64,000 nucleotides of DNA from Pedobacter sp. (GCA_025351765.1 JANXVH010000170.1:65993-129992); one strand, 5' to 3'; shown: positions 42,257 through 52,040, counted from the first letter of the stretch. Numbers and translations are program-made. The notes: generated by a model not told the origin, from the sequence alone.

Positions 42257-42898
42257 ATGAAGTATGCTTTAACCATCTTATTGCTTCTTTTTGTTTCTTC
42301 AGTATTTGCGCAGCAAATAACTGATAATAAGAAACTAATACAGTTTTCTGGAATTATTACAGATGTTGATAGTAATACCGTTGTACCGTACGTAACGGTT
42401 ACCAACTTGAGCAATAAAGAGCAAAAATACGCAGCCAATTATAAGGGCTTCTTTTCTTTTATTGCCCATCCGGGCGATACTATCCTTTATACGGCAGTAG
42501 GCTATCGGGATTTGCTATTGCCTATTCCAGCTGATATCAATGAAACAAAATATACTGCAATAGTTAAACTAAAATCAGAGATTGTTAATCTTCCTACCGT
42601 AAGGGTGTACCCTTGGGCTACGGTAGAAGATTTTACAAAGGATTTTATGACGATGAAAATTGCAGATGATGATTACCTAATTGCTATAAAAAACCTATCC
42701 AAACAAAGTATTAGAGGCTTAATGGTTACCTTACCTAGGGATGGTGGAGAAATCCAAAGCGCAAACTTCAGGTTAAATCATTATAATTCCCTAAACAAGA
42801 ACATGACCCAGACCAATCCGCTTCTCAACCCTTTTGCGTGGGGTAAACTAATGCAATCTATCTTTAAAGGGGATAAGAGCCGGAGCTCAGACAATTAA
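42257..42898 (+). CDS. exported carboxypeptidase-regulatory-like domain protein
   Basis: Signal peptide, SGIITD..VPYVTV, GDTILYTAVGY. Confidence 0.7.
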   Translation: MKYALTILLLLFVSSVFAQQITDNKKLIQFSGIITDVDSNTVVPYVTVTNLSNKEQKYAANYKGFFSFIAHPGDTILYTAVGYRDLLLPIPADINETKYTAIVKLKSEIVNLPTVRVYPWATVEDFTKDFMTMKIADDDYLIAIKNLSKQSIRGLMVTLPRDGGEIQSANFRLNHYNSLNKNMTQTNPLLNPFAWGKLMQSIFKGDKSRSSDN

Positions 42899-43449
42899 CG
42901 TTTCTTACGTTGATTGGGGAAGCGCATCTTATAATCAGCTTTAATATTCCCTTTAGAAATATTATCTAGCTTGCTTTGGAGCATTCTTTTACGCAGTAGT
43001 CCAAGCTTATCAGTAAAGAGTGTCCCTTCAATATGATCATACTCATGCTGTATCACGCGAGCGGCCATACCTGTAACATCTTCCTCATGTAACGCCCAAT
43101 TCTCATCATAGTATTTAATACGGATATTAGGCTTACGCATCACGTCTTCCCTTATGTCTGGAATGCTAAGACAACCTTCATTAAAAGCCCATAACACTCC
43201 GGTTTCTTCTATCATCTCAGCATTAATGAACACCTTTTTATAACGGTCTTTATCATCGCTGCCCGTATCTACAATAAACAGACGGATGGGCAGTCCAACC
43301 TGAGGGGCAGCCAAGCCAACACCATTGGCGTTGTACATGGTATCAAACATGTTTTTAATCAATTCCTGCAAATTTGGATAGGCCTCTTCAATAGGAGCGC
43401 AAACTTTTTTAAGAACAGGATCTCCATATGCTACAATAGATAACTTCAT
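42895..43449 (-). CDS. def: peptide deformylase
   Basis: GVGLAAPQ, EGCLS, QHEYDH. Confidence 0.97.
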   Translation of the reverse strand: MKLSIVAYGDPVLKKVCAPIEEAYPNLQELIKNMFDTMYNANGVGLAAPQVGLPIRLFIVDTGSDDKDRYKKVFINAEMIEETGVLWAFNEGCLSIPDIREDVMRKPNIRIKYYDENWALHEEDVTGMAARVIQHEYDHIEGTLFTDKLGLLRKRMLQSKLDNISKGNIKADYKMRFPNQRKKR

Positions 43450-43467
43450 GAGACAAAGGTAGAAATA

Positions 43468-44697
43468 TTAGTTTAAAGGATAAAAAGTTAGAGAACTCAA
43501 ATTGCGTTCGTCTAGTATTTCGGTGGTTACAGCTAAAATATCGGCTCGGGAGATCGACTCTATTTTTCTAAATACAGTTTTAAGATCATCAATCCTATCA
43601 TATTCCAGCAGGCTTTTAGCCATAGATATGATTAGTCCAATGCGGTTTTCCTCACCCAGGGCAATTTGCCCTATAAATTTCTGTTTGGTCTTTTGAAGCT
43701 GTATTTCGCTAAGTGGGTTATCCCTCAGTTTTTTCATTTCCTTAAAGATCAGGCCAAGGGCTTTGTCGACCTTTTCAGCATCTGTACCGAAATAAATGGT
43801 AAAAATACCAGTGTCTGTTAGCGGACTATATCCGGACTCTATCGTATATGCAATTCCGTATTTTTCCCTGATCTGAAGATTTAAAACAGAGCTCATTCCA
43901 GTTCCTCCAAAGTGATTATTTAGCAGCAATAAAGCAGTTTTATTGGGGTCGTGAAGGGAATAAGCAGAACAACCTAAAACAGTATGTGCCTGGTTAATAG
44001 GCTTGTGCTGTATGCGCGTAAATAATTCCTGTTTTAATGGAGCTATGCGCTCAGCCTTACGCAGGTTTTGCGGAACACAGGCATAATGCTTCGTGCCAAT
44101 TTTAACTAGCTTTTGTAGACTGTAATTTCCAATCACAGCAATGATGATCTTATCAGTATGGTAGTTATCTGCAATAAATTGCTTAATGTCTTTGCGATTT
44201 AACCCTGCAACAGAATCAACAGTACCAAGAATATTTCTGCCTAATGGGTGGCCTGCGAAGGCCATATCCTCAAAATCGTCGTAGATTGCTTCTTCAGGTT
44301 GATCTTGATAGGAAGCAATTTCATCAAGAATAACCCCTTTTTCTTTATCCAATTCATCTTCTGGAAAAGTAGAATGGAAAACAATGTCATTAAATAATTC
44401 CAGTGTCCTATCCAAATAGGCATGTAAAAAAGAAGCATGAATGCAGGTATATTCTTTTGTAGTATAGGCATTAAGATCAGCCCCAACACTTTCCAGCCTA
44501 TTTAAAATCTGGTTGGTAGATCGCTTTTCAGTACGCTTAAAAATTAAGTGCTCTATAAAATGTGCTAAACCAGATTGGTGTTCCTTTTCGTCTCTGGAGC
44601 CGGTATTGATGATAATGCAGGCATGAGAAATTGCCGAAGCAAAGGGTACATGTAAAAGGCGTATGCCGTTTGGCAAAGTATGAACGTTATATTCCAT
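43468..44697 (-). CDS. M16 family zinc peptidase (start MEYNV at 44697)
   Basis: GSRDE, HFIEH (HXXEH), NAYT, IREKYGIAY. Confidence 0.92.
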   Translation of the reverse strand: MEYNVHTLPNGIRLLHVPFASAISHACIIINTGSRDEKEHQSGLAHFIEHLIFKRTEKRSTNQILNRLESVGADLNAYTTKEYTCIHASFLHAYLDRTLELFNDIVFHSTFPEDELDKEKGVILDEIASYQDQPEEAIYDDFEDMAFAGHPLGRNILGTVDSVAGLNRKDIKQFIADNYHTDKIIIAVIGNYSLQKLVKIGTKHYACVPQNLRKAERIAPLKQELFTRIQHKPINQAHTVLGCSAYSLHDPNKTALLLLNNHFGGTGMSSVLNLQIREKYGIAYTIESGYSPLTDTGIFTIYFGTDAEKVDKALGLIFKEMKKLRDNPLSEIQLQKTKQKFIGQIALGEENRIGLIISMAKSLLEYDRIDDLKTVFRKIESISRADILAVTTEILDERNLSSLTFYPLN

Positions 44698-44756
44698 CAA
44701 TTCGCAAAGGTACACAGAAATGTATACTTTATAGTACCAGGATGCTTAAAGAACTT

Positions 44757-45839
44757 TCAAAAATTACTGCCTGCACCACCCCCGCCAAAACTTCCTCCGC
44801 CGAAATGATTGTCGATAGGTAAGGGAGTCGTATTTGCGGTCTCCGATACGATTACGGACCCTCCATTAAGCTTATCAAGTTGATTGCTGGGCTCAAGTTC
44901 GTTTTTAGTGAAGCCACATCTAGGAATCTTCAAATACCGGTACGCAGCGTAAGCGATGCCAATCAGTACCAATCCACTTAGCGCTAAGACCCATTCTATA
45001 TCCACAACATGGTAATAATACCTAACTGTAAAAGTTGCAGCGGCAAGCAGCAATAACCCCACCCTTAGTAAAACAACATCTTTTCGCTTTAAGCCAAAGG
45101 CGATGTATAACAATGGAACCAATACTGTCCAGCACCAAAAAAACAACGCAAAAGGAATGGGTTTAATGGCGGGTTCATCTGTAAGAGGCGTAATTTCCGC
45201 GGCCGGACTAAGGCGCTGCACTATAAAATAATTTCCGGCAGCATAAAGCACCAGCAGCGTTAGCATATACACAGTTGTTAAGCATTTTTTATAAGCAGGC
45301 TGTTCGGTTTTCTTACTAAAGTGGCGTACCAAGAGATAGCTGGCAACCGCAACAATCATAATCAGGAAAGGCATGGTAGCCATTCCCCAGACCGGAATGT
45401 GTACCCAGCAGAAGAATACAAAAGCAATGAGCGACAAGTAGCACACCGCGGCCATAAGCAGATCGGCAAAACGGAGGGTTAAATAGAGACTCAGCAGCAA
45501 TACGAGACCAGAGATTACCTGTTCCTTATTTCCGTTTATTAAATTGTCTGTCAGCATGACAAGTGCTCCTAATAACAGCCCGCCGCTCAGCCAAACCAAG
45601 GCGTCATCAACGCCAGAGCGGTAGTGGTGATGCATGGAAACGGAAAGCTCCAAGGCAAAATAGCAGCAGAGCCCAAGAAACAACCAATAAGCAGAGTTGA
45701 AGATAAAAATATCGTCAAGCAGCAAACGCAGCAAGCCGATCAAGCTTAGAGCAATCACCAGTGTCAATATAAAAAGACCGGCACGGATAAATATGTTTGG
45801 CGAATAATAGTCGCTCGCGGGCTTATTATAAATGATCAT
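44757..45839 (-). CDS. polytopic membrane protein with C-terminal FGGGSFGGGGA tail (DUF2157 partner)
   Basis: About 10 TM segments, YRSGVDDAL motif, Gly-rich tail; start overlaps the upstream gene. Confidence 0.6.
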   Translation of the reverse strand: MIIYNKPASDYYSPNIFIRAGLFILTLVIALSLIGLLRLLLDDIFIFNSAYWLFLGLCCYFALELSVSMHHHYRSGVDDALVWLSGGLLLGALVMLTDNLINGNKEQVISGLVLLLSLYLTLRFADLLMAAVCYLSLIAFVFFCWVHIPVWGMATMPFLIMIVAVASYLLVRHFSKKTEQPAYKKCLTTVYMLTLLVLYAAGNYFIVQRLSPAAEITPLTDEPAIKPIPFALFFWCWTVLVPLLYIAFGLKRKDVVLLRVGLLLLAAATFTVRYYYHVVDIEWVLALSGLVLIGIAYAAYRYLKIPRCGFTKNELEPSNQLDKLNGGSVIVSETANTTPLPIDNHFGGGSFGGGGAGSNF

Positions 45840-46782
45840 CGCTTTTAATTTTCCGGTTAATACCAATTAAAATCCTGATGAGCAAAAATGCCGAAACAAT
45901 GAAGTAAAAGAGCCCCATAAACAACAGCCCGTCACCCTTAAGGTTGCTAAATGCTTTTAAGATCAGGGCGCCTAATGCCACATAACAGTACAAAAATGCC
46001 AGTATGATAAAGTAGAAAGAACGGTGTTTCAATGAATCAAAATATAAAAATGCAGATAGCGCAAACACACCCAACGACCATAATATTGCTATCCCATCAT
46101 CAAAATGAGCAAAATAACCCGATAAAAGGGCGATGAAAGCCATATGCACACCAAAGTGCTGGTAGGTAAAACGGAAATGTTTTTTAAAATCAAAGCGAGC
46201 GGACAAATACCCCAGGCCTATCAGCAATAGCCCCAATCCTAAATAAATGTAATTTGGCATTCCTTTCTCATAGCTTACTCCGTAGCTCTCATAGTCTTTA
46301 TGTATCAACCAATTTATGGAAGTAACCGTAACCCCCAGCCATACACCCAGGTTGGTAATGGCCATGCTTAGCACCCCAAGATGGTCAAACCGGTAGGACA
46401 TAAAAAATAAAACCAGCATCGGGATAAAAATAGCCAGGCGATAGCCATTGCCAAACACAGCATATTCCTTTTGGAGGTAACCTACAAAAGTTAAGAAGCT
46501 GAGGCAGCCCAGCAATAGCACATAATCAAACAAAGGGCTTTCAGTCTTGACCCGCAGTTTGCTAAATGGCAGACCATGCATAAAGCAATAGTAAAAACAC
46601 CCCGCACTCAAAGCGAAGATAAGACCAATAATGGCCTCGTGACCAATGGTGTTTACGTGCTTATAAATCAAAATGCCCAAGCCTGAATTCAGGAGCAAGA
46701 TCCCTAAATAAAGCAGCACCTTTAATTCCCAATAGAGGGAGAACCGGGCGGGTTGCCCGGATTTATCAGTTTGAGAACTCAT
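45826..46782 (-). CDS. DUF2157-like polytopic membrane protein
   Basis: SLYWELKVLLYLG, FDHLGVLSMAIT, KKHFRFTY; many TMs. Confidence 0.65.
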   Translation of the reverse strand: MSSQTDKSGQPARFSLYWELKVLLYLGILLLNSGLGILIYKHVNTIGHEAIIGLIFALSAGCFYYCFMHGLPFSKLRVKTESPLFDYVLLLGCLSFLTFVGYLQKEYAVFGNGYRLAIFIPMLVLFFMSYRFDHLGVLSMAITNLGVWLGVTVTSINWLIHKDYESYGVSYEKGMPNYIYLGLGLLLIGLGYLSARFDFKKHFRFTYQHFGVHMAFIALLSGYFAHFDDGIAILWSLGVFALSAFLYFDSLKHRSFYFIILAFLYCYVALGALILKAFSNLKGDGLLFMGLFYFIVSAFLLIRILIGINRKIKSDDHL

Positions 46783-46794
46783 AGTTGTAAATAT

Positions 46795-46831
46795 AACAAA
46801 ATAGGGTGCCTAAAGTAATAGACACCCTATT
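46795..46831 (-). terminator. Intrinsic terminator of htpG
   Basis: Minus strand AATAGGGTGTCTA-6nt-TAGGCACCCTATT followed by TTGTT. Confidence 0.75.
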
Positions 46832-46855
46832 CTTAATCTTACGACTAGCTACAAC

Positions 46856-48745
46856 TTAAATCAGCTCCACACTTCTGCTTACAAATGCAGTCAATTCTGC
46901 ACCAGTTAACATGCCCTGAGCCAATAAAGCTAAGTCAACAGCTTGCTTGGCAAGAATGCCTTTAGTTTCCTCATTGTCTGAGGCAAGTATTTTAGCTATC
47001 AGTTTATGGTTTCCGTTAATGGCAACTTTATAACTATCCGGCATACTGCCATAAAAGCCCATACCGCCACCCATAGAAGCCATATCTTTCATACGGCGCA
47101 TAAACTCATCCATGGTAACAGTTACTGGTAACTCTTCAGGATTTAATCCAACAATCTCTACCGTATAGCCGGGTTTAACAATTGCTTTTTCGAAGACCTC
47201 TTTAACGGCCTTGCTTTGATCCTCAGACAATACCGATTCTACGTTATCATCTTTATCAATTAGTTTACTGGCAACACTAGAATCAACACGTTTTAAAGCA
47301 GTTTTTTCTAGCTTTTGCTCCAGGTGCTGAACAAAATGATTGTCTATCGGCGAATCCATTAACAATACATCGTAATCTATCTTATTGGCGCTCTGGATAA
47401 AGCTATCTTGTTTAGCCGGATCATTCGAGTAAATGTAAACTACCTGTCCGTTTTTATCTGTTTGAAGACCTTTAACTTTTTCATGATATTCTTCCAAAGT
47501 AAAGTTCTCTTTTTTAGTATTGGTTAACAACGCAAAATCTTTTGCCTTATCGTTGAACTTTTCTTCGCTCACCATTCCGTATTTTACGAATAAACCAATA
47601 TCACCCCATTTCTGTTCATAACCTTTACGGTCTTTATTGAAAAGCTCAGCAAGTTTGTCTGCCACTTTTTTGGTGATATAGCTATTTATCTTTTTTACAT
47701 TACTGTCAGCCTGTAAGAAACTCCTGGAAACATTCAAAGGAATATCCGGAGAATCTATCACACCATGCAGTAGCATTAAAAACTCAGGAACAATATCTTT
47801 TACCTCATCGGTAATAAATACCTGGCGGGAATAAAGCTTAATTTTATTCCGTTGCATGTCGAAATCGTTTTTCACCTTCGGGAAATACAATACCCCGGTA
47901 AGGTTAAAAGGATAATCTACATTCAGGTGAATCCAAAATAAAGGATCTTCCGAAAACGGATATAATTGTTTGTAAAAAGAAAGATAGTCTTCATCTGACA
48001 AATCTGCAGGTGCTTTTGTCCAGATTGGATTAGTCGTGTTGATGATGTTATCAACCTCTACGCTTTTTGTTTTAGCTTTTCCTTCTTCATCTTCTCCATC
48101 AGGTTCCTGTTCAGTTTTTGTACCAAACTTGATAGGCACAGGAAGGAATTTTCCATATTTATCAAGAATACCTTCTAGCTTATGGTTATCCAAAAACTCT
48201 TCAGATTCTGAATTAACGTGTAGAGTTATTGTAGTACCGCGTGAAGTACGGTTGCCAGCAGATATTTCAAACTCAGTACTTCCGTCGCACACCCATTTAG
48301 CTGCTTCAGCGCCTTCTTGATAAGAAAGTGTTTGGATTTCTACAAGATCTGAAACCATAAAGGCAGAATAGAAGCCTAAACCGAATTTACCGATGATTTC
48401 GTTTGCATCTTTTGCATCCTTAAACTTCTCTACAAACTCGCTGGCACCAGAGAAAGCCACCTGGTTAATATATTTCTTGATCTCTTCGGCAGTCATACCC
48501 AATCCATTGTCGGATATGGTTATGGTCTTCGCTTCCTTATCAACTGCTACTTCTACCAGTGGATTGCCAAGTTCACCATTGTACTGGCCAAGAGCTGCCA
48601 GCCTTTTAATTTTTTGAACCGCATCTACGGCATTTGAGACCAATTCTCTCAAAAAGATCTCATTGTCTGAATACAGGAATTTTTTGATGATTGGGAAAAT
48701 ATTCTCTGTATGGATTGAAATACTTCCTTTTTCTTCTATGCTCAT
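46856..48745 (-). CDS. htpG: molecular chaperone HtpG (Hsp90)
   Basis: FLRELVSNAVDA, DNGLGM, IGKFGLGFYSAF, PLNVSRS. Confidence 0.97.
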   Translation of the reverse strand: MSIEEKGSISIHTENIFPIIKKFLYSDNEIFLRELVSNAVDAVQKIKRLAALGQYNGELGNPLVEVAVDKEAKTITISDNGLGMTAEEIKKYINQVAFSGASEFVEKFKDAKDANEIIGKFGLGFYSAFMVSDLVEIQTLSYQEGAEAAKWVCDGSTEFEISAGNRTSRGTTITLHVNSESEEFLDNHKLEGILDKYGKFLPVPIKFGTKTEQEPDGEDEEGKAKTKSVEVDNIINTTNPIWTKAPADLSDEDYLSFYKQLYPFSEDPLFWIHLNVDYPFNLTGVLYFPKVKNDFDMQRNKIKLYSRQVFITDEVKDIVPEFLMLLHGVIDSPDIPLNVSRSFLQADSNVKKINSYITKKVADKLAELFNKDRKGYEQKWGDIGLFVKYGMVSEEKFNDKAKDFALLTNTKKENFTLEEYHEKVKGLQTDKNGQVVYIYSNDPAKQDSFIQSANKIDYDVLLMDSPIDNHFVQHLEQKLEKTALKRVDSSVASKLIDKDDNVESVLSEDQSKAVKEVFEKAIVKPGYTVEIVGLNPEELPVTVTMDEFMRRMKDMASMGGGMGFYGSMPDSYKVAINGNHKLIAKILASDNEETKGILAKQAVDLALLAQGMLTGAELTAFVSRSVELI

Positions 48746-48778
48746 ATGTTAACTTATTTTAAAATATAGAAAGCATAT

Positions 48779-48819
48779 ATCAATGTGTATTCCAAAGTAA
48801 AAATGTTGTCAAATTGACA
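48779..48819 (-). promoter_or_regulatory. Candidate sigma54-type promoter with adjacent TGTCA-N3-TGACA operator for htpG
   Basis: Minus-strand TTGGAATACACATTGAT (48779-48795; GG-N10-GA) and palindrome TGTCAAATTGACA (48807-48819). Confidence 0.45.
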
Positions 48820-48953
48820 GGGTAATTGGTGATAACACAGTGCAAATTTCAATAAATCCTTATACACGTGTAGCGTTTGCTTTGATAGTGTCGTTTCTTA
48901 TGGAAAGGAGTTAATGGCCATTACCCTATTGTTATATTAACACTATTTATCAG

Positions 48954-49637
48954 ATGAAAATTAAAACACTTATTACAGCGCTTGCGCTCACCGCTACATT
49001 GGGATCTTGTATGAAAGATGACAGCTTTACTCCTCAGCCTGTTGCAGGATTAAGCATTATACATGCCTCGCCAACTACAGAAAAGCTCGACTTATATGTC
49101 GATAATGCTAAAGCCAGCTTACCGGTAGATCTTTCTTACACTACCAAGATCGATTACCTTAATCTTTTTCCTGGTACAAGGCAACTTAGCGTCCGTAAAA
49201 AGGGTGAACAAACAGTGCTAAAAGCGGAAAACTTTACGCTTGATGCTACGGTGGGCTACTCATTGTTTGTTGCCGGAAAACTGGAAAATGTTAGCCTGTT
49301 GTTGTTGAAGGACGATTTAACATTGCCTGCTGCTGGGAAAGCCAGGGTTAGGTTTGTAAACCTTAGTCCGGATGCTCCCGCTGTCAATTTAGCCATTGTA
49401 GGTAAAGAGACAGACCTTTTTACGAACAAGGTATTTAAAGAGTATAGTACCTTTGAATCTATAGATGCGGCAGAAAAGGTGACTTTTAACTTAAAAAATA
49501 AAGAAACCGGGGCTGTTGAATCAACGCTTGTTGATATTAAAATTGAGAGCGGAAGGATTTATACCATTTGGGTTAAAGGTCTAAAAGCTGCTACAGATGA
49601 TAATAAAATTGGCTTGGCTGTTTTTCAGCACAGATAA
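48954..49637 (+). CDS. DUF4397 lipoprotein
   Basis: Lipobox LGSC; IIHASP and VRFVNLSPDAP duplicated motifs. Confidence 0.85.
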   Translation: MKIKTLITALALTATLGSCMKDDSFTPQPVAGLSIIHASPTTEKLDLYVDNAKASLPVDLSYTTKIDYLNLFPGTRQLSVRKKGEQTVLKAENFTLDATVGYSLFVAGKLENVSLLLLKDDLTLPAAGKARVRFVNLSPDAPAVNLAIVGKETDLFTNKVFKEYSTFESIDAAEKVTFNLKNKETGAVESTLVDIKIESGRIYTIWVKGLKAATDDNKIGLAVFQHR

Positions 49638-49656
49638 TTGAATTTTTAAGACGCGA

Positions 49657-50223
49657 ATGCTCCAACTTGAAGACCTGCTAAAGGGTTGTTTACAAAATAA
49701 GAATAAGGCTAAAGAAGCGATCTATAAATCGTTTTACGGCTATCTTATGGGAGTGGTTTTGCGGTATGTTAATGATAGGCATGATGCAGAGGAGGTGGTA
49801 AACGATTGCTTTGTGAAGGTATTTAAACATATGGCGTCGTTTACCTTTCCTGAAAACAAAGACGAGTTGCAAAAAGCCTTTAAAGGTTGGATAGCAAGAA
49901 TTTCTTCGCGTACTGCGATAGATTTTTTAAGGACAAAGAAGGTAAGAATTTATGTTGATGATATAGAAGAAAGTCAGCAGCCTATTACAGTAGTAAACGT
50001 CATCTCTAAATTGCATGCGCAGGATATCCTGAGCCTACTAAATGCTTTACCTGAAACGCAAAAAGTAATATTTAACCTTTACGAGATTGAGGGGTATTCG
50101 CATGATGAAATCTCGAAACTGCTTAACATTTCCGGTAGCTCGAGCAGGGTTTATTTAACCCGGGCAAAAAATAAATTGAGAGAACTGTATTCAAAAATTT
50201 TAATACAATCGTATGTCAATTAA
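49657..50223 (+). CDS. ECF RNA polymerase sigma factor
   Basis: DAEEVVND (region 2), FKGWI, region 4 IFNLYEIEGYSHDEI..SRVYLTRAK. Confidence 0.93.
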   Translation: MLQLEDLLKGCLQNKNKAKEAIYKSFYGYLMGVVLRYVNDRHDAEEVVNDCFVKVFKHMASFTFPENKDELQKAFKGWIARISSRTAIDFLRTKKVRIYVDDIEESQQPITVVNVISKLHAQDILSLLNALPETQKVIFNLYEIEGYSHDEISKLLNISGSSSRVYLTRAKNKLRELYSKILIQSYVN

Positions 50224-51436
50224 GCGTTTGAAAGCATCAGATGAGCATGATCTAATTGCTCACATAAAGGGAGGGTTGGCCGACTATCAGGAGGAGTACT
50301 CACCAGGCGCATGGGAAAACTTCCAGAAGAAAGAGGGGAGAGAAAGGGGTCTTGTTTTCTGGATGGGTGGATTAAGTGGCATTGCGGCATTGCTTTTACT
50401 GAGCTTTGGGTTGTTTCTCTATGTTAAAAAGGAAAATAAGGCGTCTGTTGATGCAGTACGGTCAGTTAACTCAACAACAAATGTCAAAAAGACACTTCCT
50501 GATAACAAGAATAAGCCTGAGGTTACAAGAGACCAAAAGGCATTAGATGATTTTGTTGGGAATAAGAAAAAAAAGGCAAATGAACCGGCTAAACCATTGG
50601 ATATCATTGATAATGGTGTCTTAAGTAGTCAAATTTCTGTAACCCAAGATCCAGAAATAAAGAAGGAGCCAATAGCTAGTGGCACAGAGGTGCCTGCGGG
50701 TGTACAAATAGAGAAGAAGGTAAGGGGGATTACGCTGGATGAGTTTTTAGCCAAAGAAAATGCATCCAATAGTCAGGCTAATGCAAAGCCTGCCGCCACA
50801 GATAAGTGGGATCTTGGAGTTATCGTTGCCCCCGCTATCGGGAATTCCAAAAAATTGAATATGGGTTATGGAATGAGTATGGCATATCATATTTCTAAAA
50901 AAGTTTCCATAGGTTCGGGGCTTTCTTACAATGAGATGGATGCCTCAAAAAAAATAGGCACAGGTCAGCAGTATTATAACTCGCCCTCCAATAGTGCATT
51001 TGCCAGTGATAGTAAAAATTTGGAGGGGGTAAGCACTCAACTTACCGGGATAGACATACCTCTTGAGTTCAAGTATAAGTTAAGTGAAAGTTTTTATGCC
51101 AATGCAGGAGTTTCTGCTTTTGCAGTAATTAATCAGAAACAAAGCAACACGTACCAGCAAAACAGAGTGATGCAAAGTACAACCGTTTCTCCATCAGGAG
51201 ATCTTAAACAGCAATCCTATTTGCTTACCCAGAAGGTGACAGAAAGTGCCGATCCGGCTGAAGTCAGCAAAAGGAATCTAATCGGTTTTTATAACTTTTC
51301 TTTTGGCTATCGGCAAAAACTATCCAAAGACAGATTTATAGGCATAGAGCCTTTTATTAAAATTCCTATGAAGGATATCTCTAAAGAAAACCTGCGCCTT
51401 ATGGGCACAGGTTTAAAGGTCAGGTTTGATTTTTAG
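50213..51436 (+). CDS. putative anti-sigma factor: N-terminal cytoplasmic helix, TM, disordered linker, C-terminal OM beta-barrel
   Basis: Overlaps the sigma gene; PGAWENF, TM, K/N/P-rich linker, beta-strands (IDIPLEFKY, IEPF), terminal Phe. Confidence 0.65.
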   Translation: MSIKRLKASDEHDLIAHIKGGLADYQEEYSPGAWENFQKKEGRERGLVFWMGGLSGIAALLLLSFGLFLYVKKENKASVDAVRSVNSTTNVKKTLPDNKNKPEVTRDQKALDDFVGNKKKKANEPAKPLDIIDNGVLSSQISVTQDPEIKKEPIASGTEVPAGVQIEKKVRGITLDEFLAKENASNSQANAKPAATDKWDLGVIVAPAIGNSKKLNMGYGMSMAYHISKKVSIGSGLSYNEMDASKKIGTGQQYYNSPSNSAFASDSKNLEGVSTQLTGIDIPLEFKYKLSESFYANAGVSAFAVINQKQSNTYQQNRVMQSTTVSPSGDLKQQSYLLTQKVTESADPAEVSKRNLIGFYNFSFGYRQKLSKDRFIGIEPFIKIPMKDISKENLRLMGTGLKVRFDF

Positions 51437-52040
51437 CTATTTTGATATCCCTTCTAAAGCCAAAAGAAAGCTGTAGTTGAGTGCAATATCGTTTAGGTAA
51501 TCAAATCTGCCTGAAGCGCCGCCATGTCCAAAATCCATATCTGTTTTTAACAAAAGGATGTGTTTATCCGTCTTTGTGGCCCTTAACTTGGCTACCCAGC
51601 AGCACCTCTTCTTTTGCCTCAAGACTTCCTTTTTTGCGGCAATACTTATAATACTGCTTTCCATCTTCAGTTTTTGTATAGTAGAAATAACCGTTTTTTA
51701 ACACAGGAACAGATGCGTCTTTTTCTTTAATCCTTCCTTTAAGTTCATTAAACAGATTTTTTTGCAGGTTTTTAGAGCCGCTCATCATTGTATCCAGGTA
51801 GCTGTTCTCGGCAGTAAGATAGTTGACCACATTAGTACTGTCTGGTCCTTTTTTAAAATAGTCTATCATCCAGTAATAGTTGTCAATTACCGTGTCTCCA
51901 TGCTGTATGCGTGTTATAGGTTTAATTTCTGCTAGTGGAGCTTGCGCATCTGGCCATTTATAAGTTTCCATTTTATTATCTTTGTTTGTGCGGGAAATAG
52001 CTCTGGTAAACATCAAGACCCTTGATAGGATTTTTTTCAT
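51437..52040 (-). pseudogene. ptrB: oligopeptidase B (S9A) remnant with large internal deletion and frameshift
   Basis: N-terminal HGDTVIDNYYWM...LKGRIKEKDASVP..GYFYY..EEVLL fused out of frame to C-terminal [15 protein letters not shown]; propeller and GXSXG missing. Confidence 0.88.

Noticed and set aside
48863..48872. TACACGTGTA palindrome with a CACGTG core
   Set aside because: Lacks the GTTT/AAAC flanks of parS; only 10 bp
51590..51602. Programmed frameshift producing a mini-peptidase
   Set aside because: No slippery heptamer at the junction, and the fused product would lack the catalytic Ser/Asp and most of the propeller
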